64,000 nucleotides of DNA from Flaccisagitta enflata (GCA_965153355.1 OZ231126.1:23250001-23314000); one strand, 5' to 3'; positions 34,237 to 53,797 are shown, counted from the first letter of the stretch. The notes: a model not told the origin generated them from the letters alone. A program made the numbers and translations.

Positions 34237-34427
34237 ATCTTTCTTTCTCTCTTTCTTTCTTAATTTTTTTTCTTTCTCTCTTTCTTTCTTCAAAAGTTTC
34301 TTTCTCTCTGACGTTCTGTCTTCCTTTCTTCCTTTCTATCTTTCTGCTTTTTTCTTTATTTCTTTCTTTCTTTCTTTCCGTCCGTCTTTCTCTCTGCTGT
34401 TCCCTCTTTCTTTCTTTTTTTTCTATC

Positions 34428-34494
<67 letters not shown>

Positions 34495-34782
34495 GTCTAC
34501 ACGTATCTCTCTTTCTCTCTTTTTTTTCTTTTTTTTCTTTTTTTTCTTTCTTTCTGTCTTACTTTCTCCTTTGAATCCTAGTTACCTCCTCCTTCTTCTT
34601 CTTCTTCTTCTTCTTCTTTCGATTCTCGATTTCTCAATTGTCATTTGTCATTCATTTACCGAGAGGATGAAAAGACTCCTGGTATGAGACGCGCCCTTTA
34701 ATTTTCAACCTTAAACGTAAAACAAATGAACAACATCGGAAGTCATAGCAAATGGCCAGGATGCTCTCCTTCCCACCCACCC

Positions 34783-34832
<50 letters not shown>

Positions 34833-35784
34833 CCCTGTTACCTTCTTACAAGATGAAATGCGTATTGTATCTCTTGGTTAATTGCATCTTAAAATAAGCG
34901 AATTATGTCGGAATCAAGATCGCGATTTTTTTTTCTTGAAAAGGGTTGACGGAAAACTTATTTTGCATAGAAAATGAGAAATTCAAAAATCGAAGAACAT
35001 CACCCTCTTCTAAATTCATTTCTCCACAAAGTGATGTTTTCAGAAATGCAAAATTCAATCGCGTTTGGCAGATTAAGAGTTTTCCGTGAGACTAAAAGTT
35101 TTTTCTACCATCTCGTCAGCAAGATTTTTCCCTCAGTTTAGACTTGTAAATCGCGTTGAAACTGATTCAGGTGACCACGGGTGACGAATCAATGTTAAAT
35201 CAACTCATATCAACCAGACCCATACCTCAGAGAGCCATACAGGCCATATACAATCATGAATTTTGACAATTTCTTCTCATTTTCATAAAAGAGCGAATTG
35301 ACTTTATCACTTAACCAATCACCCTATTTATTTTCTTCCAGCCCACATATGAGGGGGTTATCCCTTTTCTTGGCCGGGGTACGTGAAATATGACTATAAT
35401 CTCCTAATTTAACAAAAAAACAAGGAATATAAGACATCCTCCTTGCGAAGATAAAGATATGAATGTCAAGAGCAATCTCAAATTATCACCTAAGTTTTTT
35501 ATTTCTTTGCTGTTTTATCTCACTTTTTTTTTCTTAAACTCACTTCCATAGTTCTTTAAAAGATTTTGAACAGTTCCCACATCTTAGGACTATATCCATT
35601 GTTAGTACACAAGTGTTGGACACAATACTTTATCATTTTTTTGACTTGGTAAAGGTAAAAAGTAAGTGGCAAAGAAATCCCGTGCTCAAAAGAACCGCGT
35701 CTTATTCAATAATAGCGAAAAGTTAATAATCGTCATCATCATCATCATCAACATCATTATCTACATCAACATCAACAACGACGA

Positions 35785-35822
<38 letters not shown>

Positions 35823-35825
35823 ACG

Positions 35826-35862
<37 letters not shown>

Positions 35863-36440
35863 ATACAACAACAACAACAACGACAATATCATCGACATAA
35901 CAGTGTAAGGGTTAGTATATTCGGCGACGTTATGTGACCAAACAATGCTGGGAGAAAATGGAAGGTATTTCGGGGTCATATAAAATTCTCAATGGTAGTA
36001 AGCGAAGACGAGACAGTGAAGCGTAGGACCGTAGGTTGAACAGCGATGACGGTGATGCCGGTAAAAAGCGGAACCTCTATGAGGGTGGAGGACCTTTCGT
36101 TCGTGGTACGCTCTCACGTTTGTTCGAATAACGCGTTCTTGAAATCATTACGACGGCAGTATGGCTGAGGAGTTGCCGGCGGCATGGCCCAAGAATTGTC
36201 GGCAGAATGGCCTGTCGCTGCTGATGCCGGCTTTAACGGCAGAGGCAAGGAATTCAACCCACGATAATAACCCAATTTTGTCCCGCGCCTCACGGCAAAA
36301 CTCAATGTTAGTTGGTCCGTTAGTATATGCTTGAGCTTAAAATTTTGTTTTCGCACTTTTTTTGCATCACTGCTCCAAAATGTAAAATGACTCATTTTTG
36401 CTACGTTGTCCTCGCAAAGTTTGTTTGTTTGTTCGTTTTT

Positions 36441-36526
<86 letters not shown>

Positions 36527-36708
36527 GCGTGTGTAAGTGGCTGTGTGTGTACGTGGCTGTGTGTGTACGTGGCTGTGTGTACGTGTTTGGGCCTATGCGT
36601 GTGTCCAAGACAATGTCTGTCTTTTTACAGCAATTAAACTGCCCGTACGTCTGAATGTCCTCTTGACTGCATTCCTGTCTTTCTTTCTGCGTGTCTCTCT
36701 GTCCACTT

Positions 36709-36764
<56 letters not shown>

Positions 36765-39538
36765 AAGGCCACCACAACTACGACCACCACCACCACCACC
36801 ACCACCACCACCACCACCACCACCACCGCCGCCTCGTCTGCCGCTTCCGTCGCTGCCGCCTTCGGCACGCCCCATTGAAAAACGCCATTTTGCGATCCCA
36901 ATGGCCACATGAAATTTCTTAATGCGATCAATAAAACTAACTAAGGATATTACTGACCGACAGTAATTGCCGCCATAAAACTTGCATTCGCCGCCGACGC
37001 TTCGCTCATAAAACGACGACGATGACGACGACGTTAACGACGATGACGACGACGACAACGACGATAACGACGACAGATGGTGCAAAGTGGATGCTGGCGG
37101 CGATCCAGAAAGCAATAACAGAGCAACATTGCGAAAGAGAGAAATGTTTGCTCTCGAGATCTTTATAAGTTTTGCGACTTTCTCCGCGTTGTTGCGTCAA
37201 AAAAAAAAACTTGCTAGTAAGTTTTTTTTTTCTACCTAATTTTAACATTTTTTGCAAGTAAAAACGGAATTTAACTATTTTTTGCCTTATTTTCTTTATT
37301 TTTCCTTAAAACCAGCTCTTGCGCTTCCGGGACCCAAATTCGGGCAATTTCTATACATAAACGGCTGTCGTTATAACGTCTGCGCCGGGTTATTCCATCC
37401 AAAGCGGCGCCTCCTCGTTACTTTAACGGCGTTGTAATCCGGCGTCGCCCGGAGTCATTCTCCGAACGGCGGAACAGCGGCGGCGTCGTCGACTCAGTGG
37501 TGTAAGGCAACCTAAAATCGAAGGGACGCCCGACTCTCATCTATGTTTTATTAACAGCAAATTTTGATTGAGCCAAAAAAAAAACGAAAAAAAAAAACGC
37601 TATCATTACTTGTTTTCTAAACTTAGTGTATATTTCCTATTGAGGGGAAGGGAATGAAATGAACAAAATATGCACACTTCTTATTTTCTTTTTTTTTTCT
37701 TTTTTCTTTCTTCCACTAATTTTCATAGAAACAGTCTCAGAGAGTGAGCCCTGTCTGACATCGAGGGCGTTAGCTGACGTCCCTTCTCGTTATCATCCAA
37801 TTTACCAGCGGCGTTGTCGTCGCTGTAAATCGGCGTGACGCCGCCAAGCGGCGCGGCGTGGCGTAGTCATAGCGGCGCTTTCATTGCGTGGCGAATGTTC
37901 TTCCAGAAGCGGCGTTTGAACGTCGCCTCCTCGCGTTAGAAACCATAAATGGAAGCAGCTGCCTGGAAATGGGTTCAAAAGCGCCCGTTATCCACATTAT
38001 ATATCCCCCTTATCCACGTAGTAAATGCCCGTCGGCACTACCAAACTCGAAACCCAAATTTCTTGAAATTTGATTTTTTGTATTTTCTATAAGAATTTGA
38101 TAATCAACAAAATATATTTTTTTTTCATGATTTCATTTTTTGAAAAGTAATTTTTTTTTTTTGAGTATAGACAACAATATTTTTTTCTTAGTTTGTCCAA
38201 TAATCTAAGAATGCAAAAGTTTATACTATTTTCATTTTTTACTGTTGATATTGAGATATAGCAAGCAATGTTTACAGATAGAAATGAAACTGTTATCAAA
38301 ATAGAAATCAGAACTAGATAACTGGTATGAGTTTAAAGGAAATTAAATGAACAAAAAACAGATAAAACAATAATAGATAAATGAATAAACAGCACACTTT
38401 TAAATCTGTTTAATAAAAACCTCAATACATCAGGACCCCGCCGCATTGGTCCCATTGGGACTGAAGATTATTCACCTTCATCTTAGGTTCACCTTAAAAA
38501 AAAGTGAAATCTCATTAAAAACTATCATTTCGGATCTTTATTTTTGGGGAACCTTTAAAAGCAGGTCTGTTATTGCGGGGTTCCACTGTATTAACAAAAG
38601 AAAATACATTAGGAATCTGGATTTCTGCTTTGGTGTTTTAGATCGGTGGTGCCGAAGAAACATCCTGTTCTCTTCTCAAGAGTCGTTCCACTCGGATTCT
38701 AGCTTCATTGGACTAACTTCATCTTTCTCAAGATGCAAAAAGATGCTAAAAGAAAAAAAATCTTTGCTCATTAAAACTCTATCTATGATTACTATAAAAA
38801 AATGTATAAAACTTCTTTATTGTCTGATTTTTTTCCGAATTTCCCCCTTTTTTCGTGATCTTTTTTTTTCTCTTCTTGTCCTTCATAGCGTTTCCTTGTC
38901 ATATATGATAAGCACACTCAAGTACAGATACTCGATCTGAAATCGACAAATAACACATACATATGAATAACAAGTGACACTGGGTCAAAATATCGCTGCG
39001 GACGGGTGGTCCAACCACCATCCACACCTCAACCCCCACACCCACTCAAACAAATGCAAAAATTATTCAAAAACACTCGTTTTCCCACTTTTAGACTCGT
39101 GCTGGCAGATGGACGGACGGAGGGACCGACGTGCAAAGCCTCTTATGGAGTTACGTGTCCACGACTAAAAAGCAACATACACAAACCAAAAACACTCAAC
39201 CAATTCCTCTGCATCTGACCAGTGCTATGATGTACAGACAAATAGACTCAAAGAGATGCGTGGGCGAAACTTGAAAGGCACCGCTAACCGTTAACTGCGG
39301 GTGGAAACTCTCAAGGCACGTGAAGTAAAACTGGCCACTGCGCTGACCAGTCGATTACGATGACGACGACGATGACGATGACGGTGACGATGACGATGGC
39401 GACGACGACGACGACAACCATGTTTGAAACCACTTCGCTCTTTTAGTTTCCACTTTCACACGATAAAATCGGAGATTCGATTACATGAAACGTTGGTTTT
39501 GAATCCGTGTGTCTCATGTCGCTCAACAACAACAACAA

Positions 39539-39624
<86 letters not shown>

Positions 39625-39626
39625 GC

Positions 39627-39657
<31 letters not shown>

Positions 39658-40243
39658 TCGACGTTGATGATTTAACCATCATTTCTCACTTTTTAGGTGC
39701 GACAAAGCACCTCTATAACTCGTATAATTCGTTCGACGATCCACATGTCGCACCTTATCGGCCTACTTGGCCTTGTTCTCATGTTATCTTACGGATTTCT
39801 TGTTCATGCTGATGTCACTCCACCTCTGTCCGGGTTTGAGCTCTCTCTCTGTCTATGTCTCTGTCTCTATCTCTGTCTGTGTGTCTGTCTGTCTTTCTCT
39901 CTCCCTCCTCGTTCTCAGTTTCGTTCAGTTCCGAGCAACAAAAGGAATGAGACGAGTTTGCACCTGGTTCTCACGATCACGTGTGTCTGAGTCAATGTTT
40001 TGGCGGGTTGGGATGGTGGTCAATAATCGAACAGTCAGAATTTTGGATTTGGAGGGAAAGAAGACCAAACTGAATACTTTCCAACTTAGCGGGGAAACAG
40101 AAGGAAAGAAATCGGTAAATCTTGATGTCTGATGACGATAAAATCCTGTTTTTCTTCATCACCATCCAAAAAAAAGAACTGTTCTGCTTTTTTGAAATGC
40201 TCGAATCCTCAATTTTCAATATTATGTCTTTCACAAAACAAAA

Positions 40244-45221
<4,978 letters not shown>

Positions 45222-46986
45222 ATATGGATTAATGGATATACAGATGAACCCCGCAATAACGGATGTCAATGGTCCTAAAAATGTCATCCGTCATAAATGG
45301 AATTCTGCTAATGCCAATGTACAGGCAAAAAAAAAAGTTATTAAGAGACTAAGATTTGATGTTTGTTACAGGCGCATTTCCGTTACTCTTGGGTCCCGTA
45401 TGCAGTAGTGGGGTGTACTGTATACATACACTTTTCAAATGATCATGGCCCTTTACTTTTCGTTTCAGTCACTTTGTTTAATGCATTTTCCAATTATGAT
45501 TCAACCAATCTGCTCTCATTTTCTTATTCCTTGAAAGAAATCAAATTCATGAGTGTATCTTGTCTCTCTTTTTTTTTTTTTTTTTTTTTTTTGACGAAAA
45601 GCGTATTCTGCTAAGAACAGAAGAGTAGATTCTTCCTCGAAAGCTAGATGTGAATTTTTGAACGGACAGTTGATGGACAGATCAACGGATCAACGGAAGG
45701 AGCTCAACAGAAAGGTGTCAGTGCTTACCAAATAATCTGTGTATTTGATGTGGTAACACTCCTCAGTAATTCTTAACACTTAGTCGGGGGGGGGGGGAAT
45801 GGGTTCTCTGGTGAAAGACCGTTTAACCAGACGATTGACTAACAGAGTACAGGCCAAAGTGCATGAGCCCAATATGGTGCCCGGCCGTATAGCTTTTCGT
45901 ACATCTCCCTTCCGGTATGGAATTCAGTTCACGCAACGGAAGCATTCCTTTTTAACAACAGTGCACAATAGTGTTTCAAGACCAAAAAGGCGATTTGCCA
46001 ATCATCGTTTACATCACTTTTAACATCTTTACCTGACAGTTCAGTTGCACCAATAGGCAACAATATCTGGGTGGTAGGCACAAGTATTACTAGTCGATTA
46101 CCCTTCGAACAAAGCCTACAATTAATCACATATATTCCAAATGTTTAAGGACAATCTTTTATTCACTCTTTGATAATGAAGGCAAAGATCATTTGATCAA
46201 TGTACCTGAATATGAAATCCTGCTTCAGGGTGTATTTCTTACAGAACTTGGCAGGGAGCGAATGGAAGGCTTAAATGAGTCCTCAAAACTTCAAACGAAA
46301 TTTCTTTTAGCGGTATTTCTTTCAAGTTTTCTAATTACCTCTTCAATAATACGATTTATGTCCCTTGACTTCTTCTCTAAGTGAAAATAGAAACCAAATC
46401 CTTCGAGGAGGTTCAATCTTTATTTTCTCAAAAAAATGGTTTTTTCTAAGAAGCGTTTACAGGTATTTTTTACGCTATGCCTGCCCAAATATAATAAAAT
46501 ATATTATCTTTTTCCTCACTGCCCCTGCCAATCCGCAGGTGACCTGTGTATCCGGTGTGTCCGGTGTATCTGTGAACTGTGTATTTTCTGTAAACAGTTG
46601 CAAACCAGTCAAACAATCAAACTGCCTTTCTGCCTCTCTGTCTCTCTTTCTGTCTTTCTGTCTGTCTGTCAGTCTTTCTCCCTCAAGAAGCAATTCTATC
46701 ATACAGTGGGACCCCGCCTCATCGGTTCCATTGGGACTGAAGATTTTTCACCTTTACCTCAGGTTTACCTTTATAGAGAGGTGAAATCACATGCAAAACT
46801 ATTATTTGGGACCTCAAAATATTGACCTTTATTGATGGGGAACCTTTAAAAGCGGGCCTGTTATTGCGGGGTTCCACAAGTATTTCTTTAATTCTGATTT
46901 GTTTGTTTGATCTTCCTTTTGGTTTCTCCGTTTGATGTTTGGTTGTATCTTTCTTTCTGTCTTTCTTACGCTTTTTATTCTGTCTT

Positions 46987-47030
<44 letters not shown>

Positions 47031-47741
47031 CATCTTCTTTTTTTGATTATTTTCTTTTGCTCATTTACTTTCATTTCGCTCATGTAAGTCAGCAGCCCTG
47101 GAACATGACTCTTCTCGCCTTGTCGGCCATTTTCTCATTCTCTCTCTAAATTTTCGTATTTTGTTCAATTTGGTTCCTCTCAGAGTCTGCAAATGGAATT
47201 GATGGGATCTTTTTACACCGTTGACATCATCGGCGGCGTCAGCAGCGGCTCTTACAGCAGCGTCAGTCACCATTCGTCGCTTCAGCGCCGCGGTTTCGTC
47301 TTCCTCTCTCTCTTTAATTTCCTTCTTTTCCTCGTGCTCAGCTGCCATGTCTGAGAGAAAATGAAGAAGACGAAAAAGATGAAAACTACCGCCGAATGAA
47401 AAAGCTTCGCCGTAGACCAAAAAAAATCCACGAGTAAGAGATATTACTTGTATTTAAAAACAGAAAAGATAAAACAGCTGAAAAGTCAAATTATTTCAAT
47501 TGTTAACCCAATTTATTTGTCCACGTCTACCGGGGGAAATTATTTTGAATGGCTGGATGGATGTCGTACTGGACTAAATGTATCTATTTGACCAATCGCG
47601 CTGGCCTGAGTCAAGGTCATCACGTAGTATCAGAGTAAGTGCCGCTCAAGTCGGTTCATCCATCGTTCCGTCGATTAGCCTCACTAGGCTTTATTTGTAT
47701 TCACTGCCCCTGCCTGATTGTTTTGTTTGTTTGTTTTTTTT

Positions 47742-47802
<61 letters not shown>

Positions 47803-48202
47803 GGTGTGTATGTGTTGGTGTGTTGTTCATTTGTTCATTTGTTTGTTTGTTAGTTTATTTCTTTGTTAATTTGATTGTCAGAAGGCATCAGGGCAATGCA
47901 TTCCGCATTCCAGTGAAGTGTTTCTATCTCAATAGATTGAGACATTCATTGTAAAAATGTTGATGGTCTAACTTTAAAATGTCTAACTTATGTCGACCTA
48001 AACCGTAAAAACCGATTAAATACTATCCCGCATTTCTGTTTATCTTTCAGGGAAATCTACCGTGAATGACTCTATCAGTAAGTAAAATAAATCATAAGTA
48101 AAGTAAACCATAAGTAAACCATAAGTAAATCATAAGTAAATCATAAATAAAGTAAATCATAAATAAAGTAAATCACAATTTAAGTAAATCATAAGTAAAG
48201 TA

Positions 48203-48906
48203 CACTTTTTTGTTTTTATAAGCACCTCGTTTATAAGCACGCCCAGCCTCAGATATTGGGAAAATCTAAGCACATTGCTAAGTACACTCCAGGTTGAGAT
48301 TTCTGATTTGAAAAAAAAAAATTGGTGAATTTCTAAAGATATGTTTATTTTTAGACTTTTTTGGTTGGAATTTCAAAAAAAAGCAATGGAAACTTTCATA
48401 GAAATCAAAATTATTTATAATATCATTCCATCAATACATTCAAGATCTTGATACTGATATTAATAATTGAACCTGAATAATATTTAGAACATCATTACTA
48501 TTGTTTTTAAAAAATCATTGCTTTAACAAGGATCACAAAAAAAAAAAAAAAAATATCATAATAAAAAAAATACTAAAAATCTAATAAAAGTTTATAGTAA
48601 ATCAAGATACTAATCTCATCCCATGGTTTATATAAATATAGGACAACGTCAGTAAATACTATATTCTTTTACAAAATACACTCATTACTGTATTTTATAC
48701 TATACTTTATCTTATACTATACAATACTTTATGCTGAACTGTTTTCTATACCCTACTGTGTACTTTAATCTATACTGAATAGGATGATTACCTACCGATG
48801 AATGACAAGCACGCCATTAAGCACATTTCAGCCTCGAAAATGAGATTTTACTAAGCACGCTCCTCTTCAGCCAAAAAAAGAGCGTGCTTATAAAAAGAAA
48901 AAAGTG
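48203..48906. mobile_element. TA-flanked MITE (Tc1/mariner-type TSD)
   Basis: 23-bp TIR CACTTTTTTGTTTTTATAAGCAC / GTGCTTATAAAAAGAAAAAAGTG (1 mismatch), TA on both sides, inserted in an AAGTAAATCA repeat. Confidence 0.75.
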
Positions 48907-49018
48907 TAAATCAACGATTTCCTGCAACGCTTAGAAAAAATTCAGTCGGTTATTTTCGTTTTTGTGTCATCTTGGAGAAAGTACAACCGCTTGTGCTATC
49001 TTTCTTTGTCTTTCTCTC

Positions 49019-49345
49019 TTTTTAGTCGCGTGCACGCGACTCTACAACCCGCTCTGTCCGTCAGCGGTTGGTCCGTCCGTCTGTTGGTGGGTCACGCTTA
49101 GCTTTTCAGGCATTTACGGGCGGTTTTGGGGTTACTGCTGCTGCCCAACTGCTTGGTTGGTCAATTTCTACTCCCGCTTTGTCCGTCGGTGGGTCGGTCG
49201 GTCAGTTGGTCTGTCACGTTTTACTTTTTTTATGACTATTTTTTTGACCCACTGCTCCTGCCCAAATGGTCTTGTGACCTTAAATATGGTCCCTGCCTAC
49301 CCACACGCGACTTCAGTAGCCGTGTATCAGGCCTTGTTTTTTTTT
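49019..49345 (+). mobile_element. Complete non-autonomous Helentron-type element (HINE/DINE-1-like)
   Basis: 5' T-run plus hairpin AGTCGCGTGCACGCGACT, GTCY/GGTC microsatellite, 3' subterminal inverted repeat CACGCGACT (49304-49312), stem-loop GCCGTGTATCAGGC and terminal CTTGTTTT. Confidence 0.8.
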
Positions 49346-50069
49346 AAATTCGCGGACTCGTGACTCTTCAGGAGGCCTTCTCCGTTTGTTGGTCCGTCCG
49401 TTGGTCCATTGGTCACTCCGTCTGTCCATAAGCACGAGTCGTAAAGTGGAAAAATGAGCGTTTTGGATGCGTGTGCGTGTTTGGAGGTGGGAGGGGGGGG
49501 GGGGTTGAAAGCCCATGCCCAAACGTCTGTAACAATATTGTAACCCCGCGTTACTTGTTTTTTTGTTTGTTGTTGTTTTTTTGTTTCTTTATTTCTTCGT
49601 TTGTTTCTTCTTTCTTTCCTTCCGTCTTTCTTTTTCTCCTCAGCGGACGAACTGTATTCCTAATATATATAATAAGATATGATATGATATAATATATAAT
49701 ATATGATAATATCTGAATTTCATTCTTGGTTGATTTTTTATGCATCTTGGAGGTTAAAGAAGGCCGGATACACGGCTACCCCAGTCGCGTGCGGGTAGGC
49801 AGGAGCAGTGCTGAAGAAGGTCACAAGAAAATTTGGGCAAGAGCAGTAGGCTCAAAAACGTCGAAAAACTAAAAGTCGCAAAAGGGTTATATGGTCAGCG
49901 GTACCCGTTGCCCCTATGTGAATGTTTGTGGATGTGTGATGGTGAGAGGGGCAGCGGCCCCAAAGGGACCAATGACGGTCATTTTGTAGATGAAGTATCG
50001 CACTTGAGTTTCCCAAAAATTCCGCCAGAGCAAACTTTCAATCGGCGAGTAGATATTAAGCTCTAAAAC

Positions 50070-50168
50070 ACCCCTAACCCTAGCCCTAACCCTAACTCTA
50101 ACCTGATCCCTAAGACTATCCCTGACCTTATCCCTAACCCTAACACTAACCCTACCCCTAACCCTAAC
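50070..50168. repeat. Degenerate (CCCTAA)n telomere-like tract
   Basis: About 16 hexamer units, many of them CCCTAA. Confidence 0.75.
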
Positions 50169-50289
50169 TTGTTACCCGCTTTCGAGTGATTGACCGCTAA
50201 AAACAAAAGACAAAAGGACGATAACTCTCCTACTACGAGACCCCAATGACATATGCTTAGAAAGTTTGGAGGCTCTAGGCTGCCAATTG

Positions 50290-50732
50290 AGCTTGGATTT
50301 GAGCCCTGAGGATTGGATTTGAGCCCTGAGGCTGGAATTTGAGCCTTGAGACTGGGGTTTGAGCCTCAAGGCTGGGATTTAAGCCTCAAGACTGGGATTT
50401 GAGTTTCATGGCTGGGATTTGAGCCTAGAGGCTGGGATTTGAGCCTCATGGCGGGGATTTGAGCCTCAAGGCTAGGATGTGACCCTTGAGGCTGGGGTGT
50501 GAGCCTTGAGGCTGGGATGTTAGCCTTGAGGCTAGGATGTGAGCCTTGAGGCTGAGATGTGAGCCTCGAGGCTGTGATGTGAGCCTTCGGACCTGAGTTT
50601 GGGCGTCTAGGCTGGGATTTAGGCCTTGAGGCTGGAATTTGAGCCTTGAGGCTGGAATATAGGCCTGGAGCTTGGGATATCAGCCTTGGGGTGGGATTTG
50701 AGCCTCGAAACTGAAATTGGAGCCTTGAGACA
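50290..50732. repeat. 20-bp tandem array GAGGCTGGGATTTGAGCCTT
   Basis: About 22 units; reverse complement of the arrays at 16320 and 33085. Confidence 0.85.
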
Positions 50733-51132
50733 GCGGGATTCAATGGGGGGGGGCGTAGAAGAAGGAGAGTGGGGTGTAGACAATTTTTAGTCGCGTGCTA
50801 AGCGACTCTACACTGTAGAGTCGCTTGGCACGCGACTAAAAATTGTCATGGAAGACTATGGTATTTCCACCTGGTGAAGACAATCGTGAGGATGTTTTAG
50901 GTCCTGACGGCCGAGAAGGTCCTCGCTCGCTTATCTTCTGCGACGTCGAAAGACTGGGCAATCGCATCACTCTACTTGTAGTGAACCTTTCCAGGTCTAA
51001 TATACGTCGCGATGAATACTCTTGCCTCTTTCGAAGAATTATGTGTATTAGTCACCGATCCGACTTACTTCGTATTTTACCTTTTTGTTTATCTAAATCG
51101 ACGAAAACTGACACCAGTCTCAGCGTGATGTA

Positions 51133-53593
51133 AAAACAAGGCCAACACCTATAAGTCGCGTGCGAGACATGAAAAACTGAATTGACCTGAATCCTTATTG
51201 TATCTTTTTCATCAACATGACTGAATAGGGAGAAATAAAAGAAATGAATAACATGATTAAGTTGACTAGATTGACTTGAATGAATTGATGAATGAATAAG
51301 CCTAATGAGGTGTATTGGAGGCCGTGGAAACCTACCCAATTACAGGCCGGGACCACTGGAATTAGTGGTGACTTTTGTAATTGAGTCAAATTAATCAACT
51401 CTATCAACCCAATCAATGAAAAATGACTAATCCAGACTTAAACCAGACTTTAACCAGCAGACTTTAACCAGCAGACTTAAACCAGCACACTTAAACCAGC
51501 AGACTTAAACCAGCAGACTTCAACCAGCAGACTTAAACCAGCAGACTTGAACAAGCAGACTTAAATCAGCAGATTTAAACCAGCAGACTTAAAACAGCAG
51601 ACTTAAACCAGCATACTTAAACCAGCAGACTTAAACCAGCAGACTAAAACCAGCAGATTTAAACCAGCAGACTTAAACCAGCAGACTTAAACCAGCAGAC
51701 TTAAACCAGCAGATTTAAACCATCAGACTTAAACCAGCAGACTTAGACCAGCAGACTTAAACCAGCCAACTTAAATCAGCCAACATAAACCAGCTGACTT
51801 AAAGCAGCAGACTTAAATCAGCAGACCTAAACCAGCAGACTTAAACCAGCAGACTAAAACCAGCAGACCTAAACCAGCACACCTAAACCAGCAGACTTAA
51901 AATGACACAAATGACCAAAACATACCAAAAAACATAAATGACCAAAACATACCAAAAACATACATGAACCTGAAACCAAAAAACCAAACAACCAAAAAAA
52001 ACAAAAAACAAAAAACAAAAAACCAAAAAACCAAAAAACCAAAAAACCAAGAAACCAAAAGACCAAAAACCAGAAAACCAAAAACCAAAGACCAAAAAAC
52101 AAAAAACATAAAACCAAAAAAAAACAAAAAAAAACAAAACAAAAAAAAAAAAAACCAAAGAGCCAAAAAACCAAAAAACCAAAAAACCAAAAAACAAAAT
52201 CAAAAACCAAAAACATAAATGACCTAAACATACCAAAAAACCATGTAAAATGACCAAAAACCAAAAAAAAAAAACACAAAAACCAAAAACCAAAAAACCA
52301 AAAACATAAATGATCAAAACATACAAAAAAACCATGTTAAATGACCAAAAATGACCTGAAATGTCCCAAAAAAAAACAAACAAAAATCAAAAAACAGGAG
52401 ACCAAAAACAAAAAAAACAAAAAAAAACAAAAACAAAAACAAAAACAAAAAAAAACAAAAAAACAACCAAAAACCAAAAAATAAAAAACTAAAAAACTAA
52501 AAAACTAAAAAACTAAAAAACTAAAAAACCAAGAAACTAAAAAACTAAAAAACTAAAAAACAAAAAACAAAAAACAAAAAAAAACAAAAAAAAAAACAAA
52601 AACCAAAAACATAAATAACCAAAACATACCAAAATAACCAAAATGACCAAAATGACCAAAATGACCAAAATGACCAAACCCCAAAAAAACAAAAACCAAA
52701 GAAGCAAAAAACCAAAAAACCAAAAACCAAAAAAAACAAACAAAAAATATCACTGACCAAAACATACCAAAAAACAATGTTAAACGACTAGAAATGACCT
52801 AAAATGTCCTAAGAAACAAAATAACAAAAAACAAAAAAACAAAAAAAACAAAAAAACAAAAATATAAAAAACAAAAAACAAAAAGCAAAAAACAAAAAAC
52901 AAAAAACAAAAAACAAAAAACAAAAAACAAAAAACAAAAAACAAAAAACAAAAAATGAAAAATGAAAAACAAAAAACCAAAAAACAGAAAAAAAATCAAA
53001 AACAAAAAACCAAAAACCAAAAACTAAAAACTAAAAACAAAAAACCAAAAAAAAAAATAACAAACATTAATGACCAAAACATACCAAAAAACCATGTCAA
53101 ATGACCAAAAAATGACCTGAAATGTCCCAAAATGACTTGAAATGACTTAAAGCTAATTCAAATGCCCTAAAATGACACAAATGACTTAAATGAACAAAGT
53201 GATGTAAATGATCAAAAATGACCATAAATGACTAAAGGCAACCAAAAATGACTAAAGGCAACCAAGAACAACAAAAAAATGACTCAAAATAACTCCAGAC
53301 GACCCAAAATGACCAAAAACGATGCAAAAAAAGCTAAGTGTTACCGACCAACCAACCGACTGATGGAGCGGGTTGTAGAGTCGCGTGCACGCAACTAAAA
53401 ACAAGGCCAGATACACGGCTACCAATGTCGCGTGCGTGTGGGCAGGGACCATATTTAAGGTCACAAGACCATTTGGGCAGGAGCAGTGGGTCAAAAAAAT
53501 AGTCATAAAAAAAGTAAAACGTAACAGACCAACTGACCGACCGACCCACCGACGGACAAAGCGGGAGTAGAGTTGCGTGCATGCGACTAAAAA
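51133..53593 (-). mobile_element. Head-to-tail HINE pair: a short element (53397-53593) and a 2.3-kb element (51133-53400) filled with tandem arrays
   Basis: 5' hairpins at 53568-53593 and 53375-53400. 3' ends at 53401-53440 (ACAAGGCCAGATACACGGC...GTCGCGTGC) and 51133-51165 (AAAAACAAGGCC...AGTCGCGTGC). Confidence 0.65.
51432..51900. repeat. 14-bp minisatellite AAACCAGCAGACTT
   Basis: More than 30 units, followed by A-rich AAAAAC(C)/AAATGACC low-complexity arrays to ~53320. Confidence 0.9.
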
Positions 53594-53797
53594 TCCTCCA
53601 TATGTACTATCAATTAAAACAAAACGTAAACAGATATGCAGATACCGCCTAAATTCATTTTTCTAAACGGCAAAATTTGTACCTTAAATTAGCCTCAATA
53701 AGCTTCAATAAGCTCCACTCCAAGCATCGTGCTCTGTCGTCACTCTTTTTCGCGTTTGCATCTTTGATTGTTTGTCTAAAGTCTGTGTATGTGGGTG

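Noticed and set aside
47061-47420. Possible minus-strand exon MAAEHEEKKEIKEREEDETAALKRR...
   Set aside because: The composition is plausible, but no domain or clear splice donor was recognised, so it is left uncalled.
51869-53020. Phe-rich and Lys-rich ORFs
   Set aside because: They come from A-rich low-complexity arrays.
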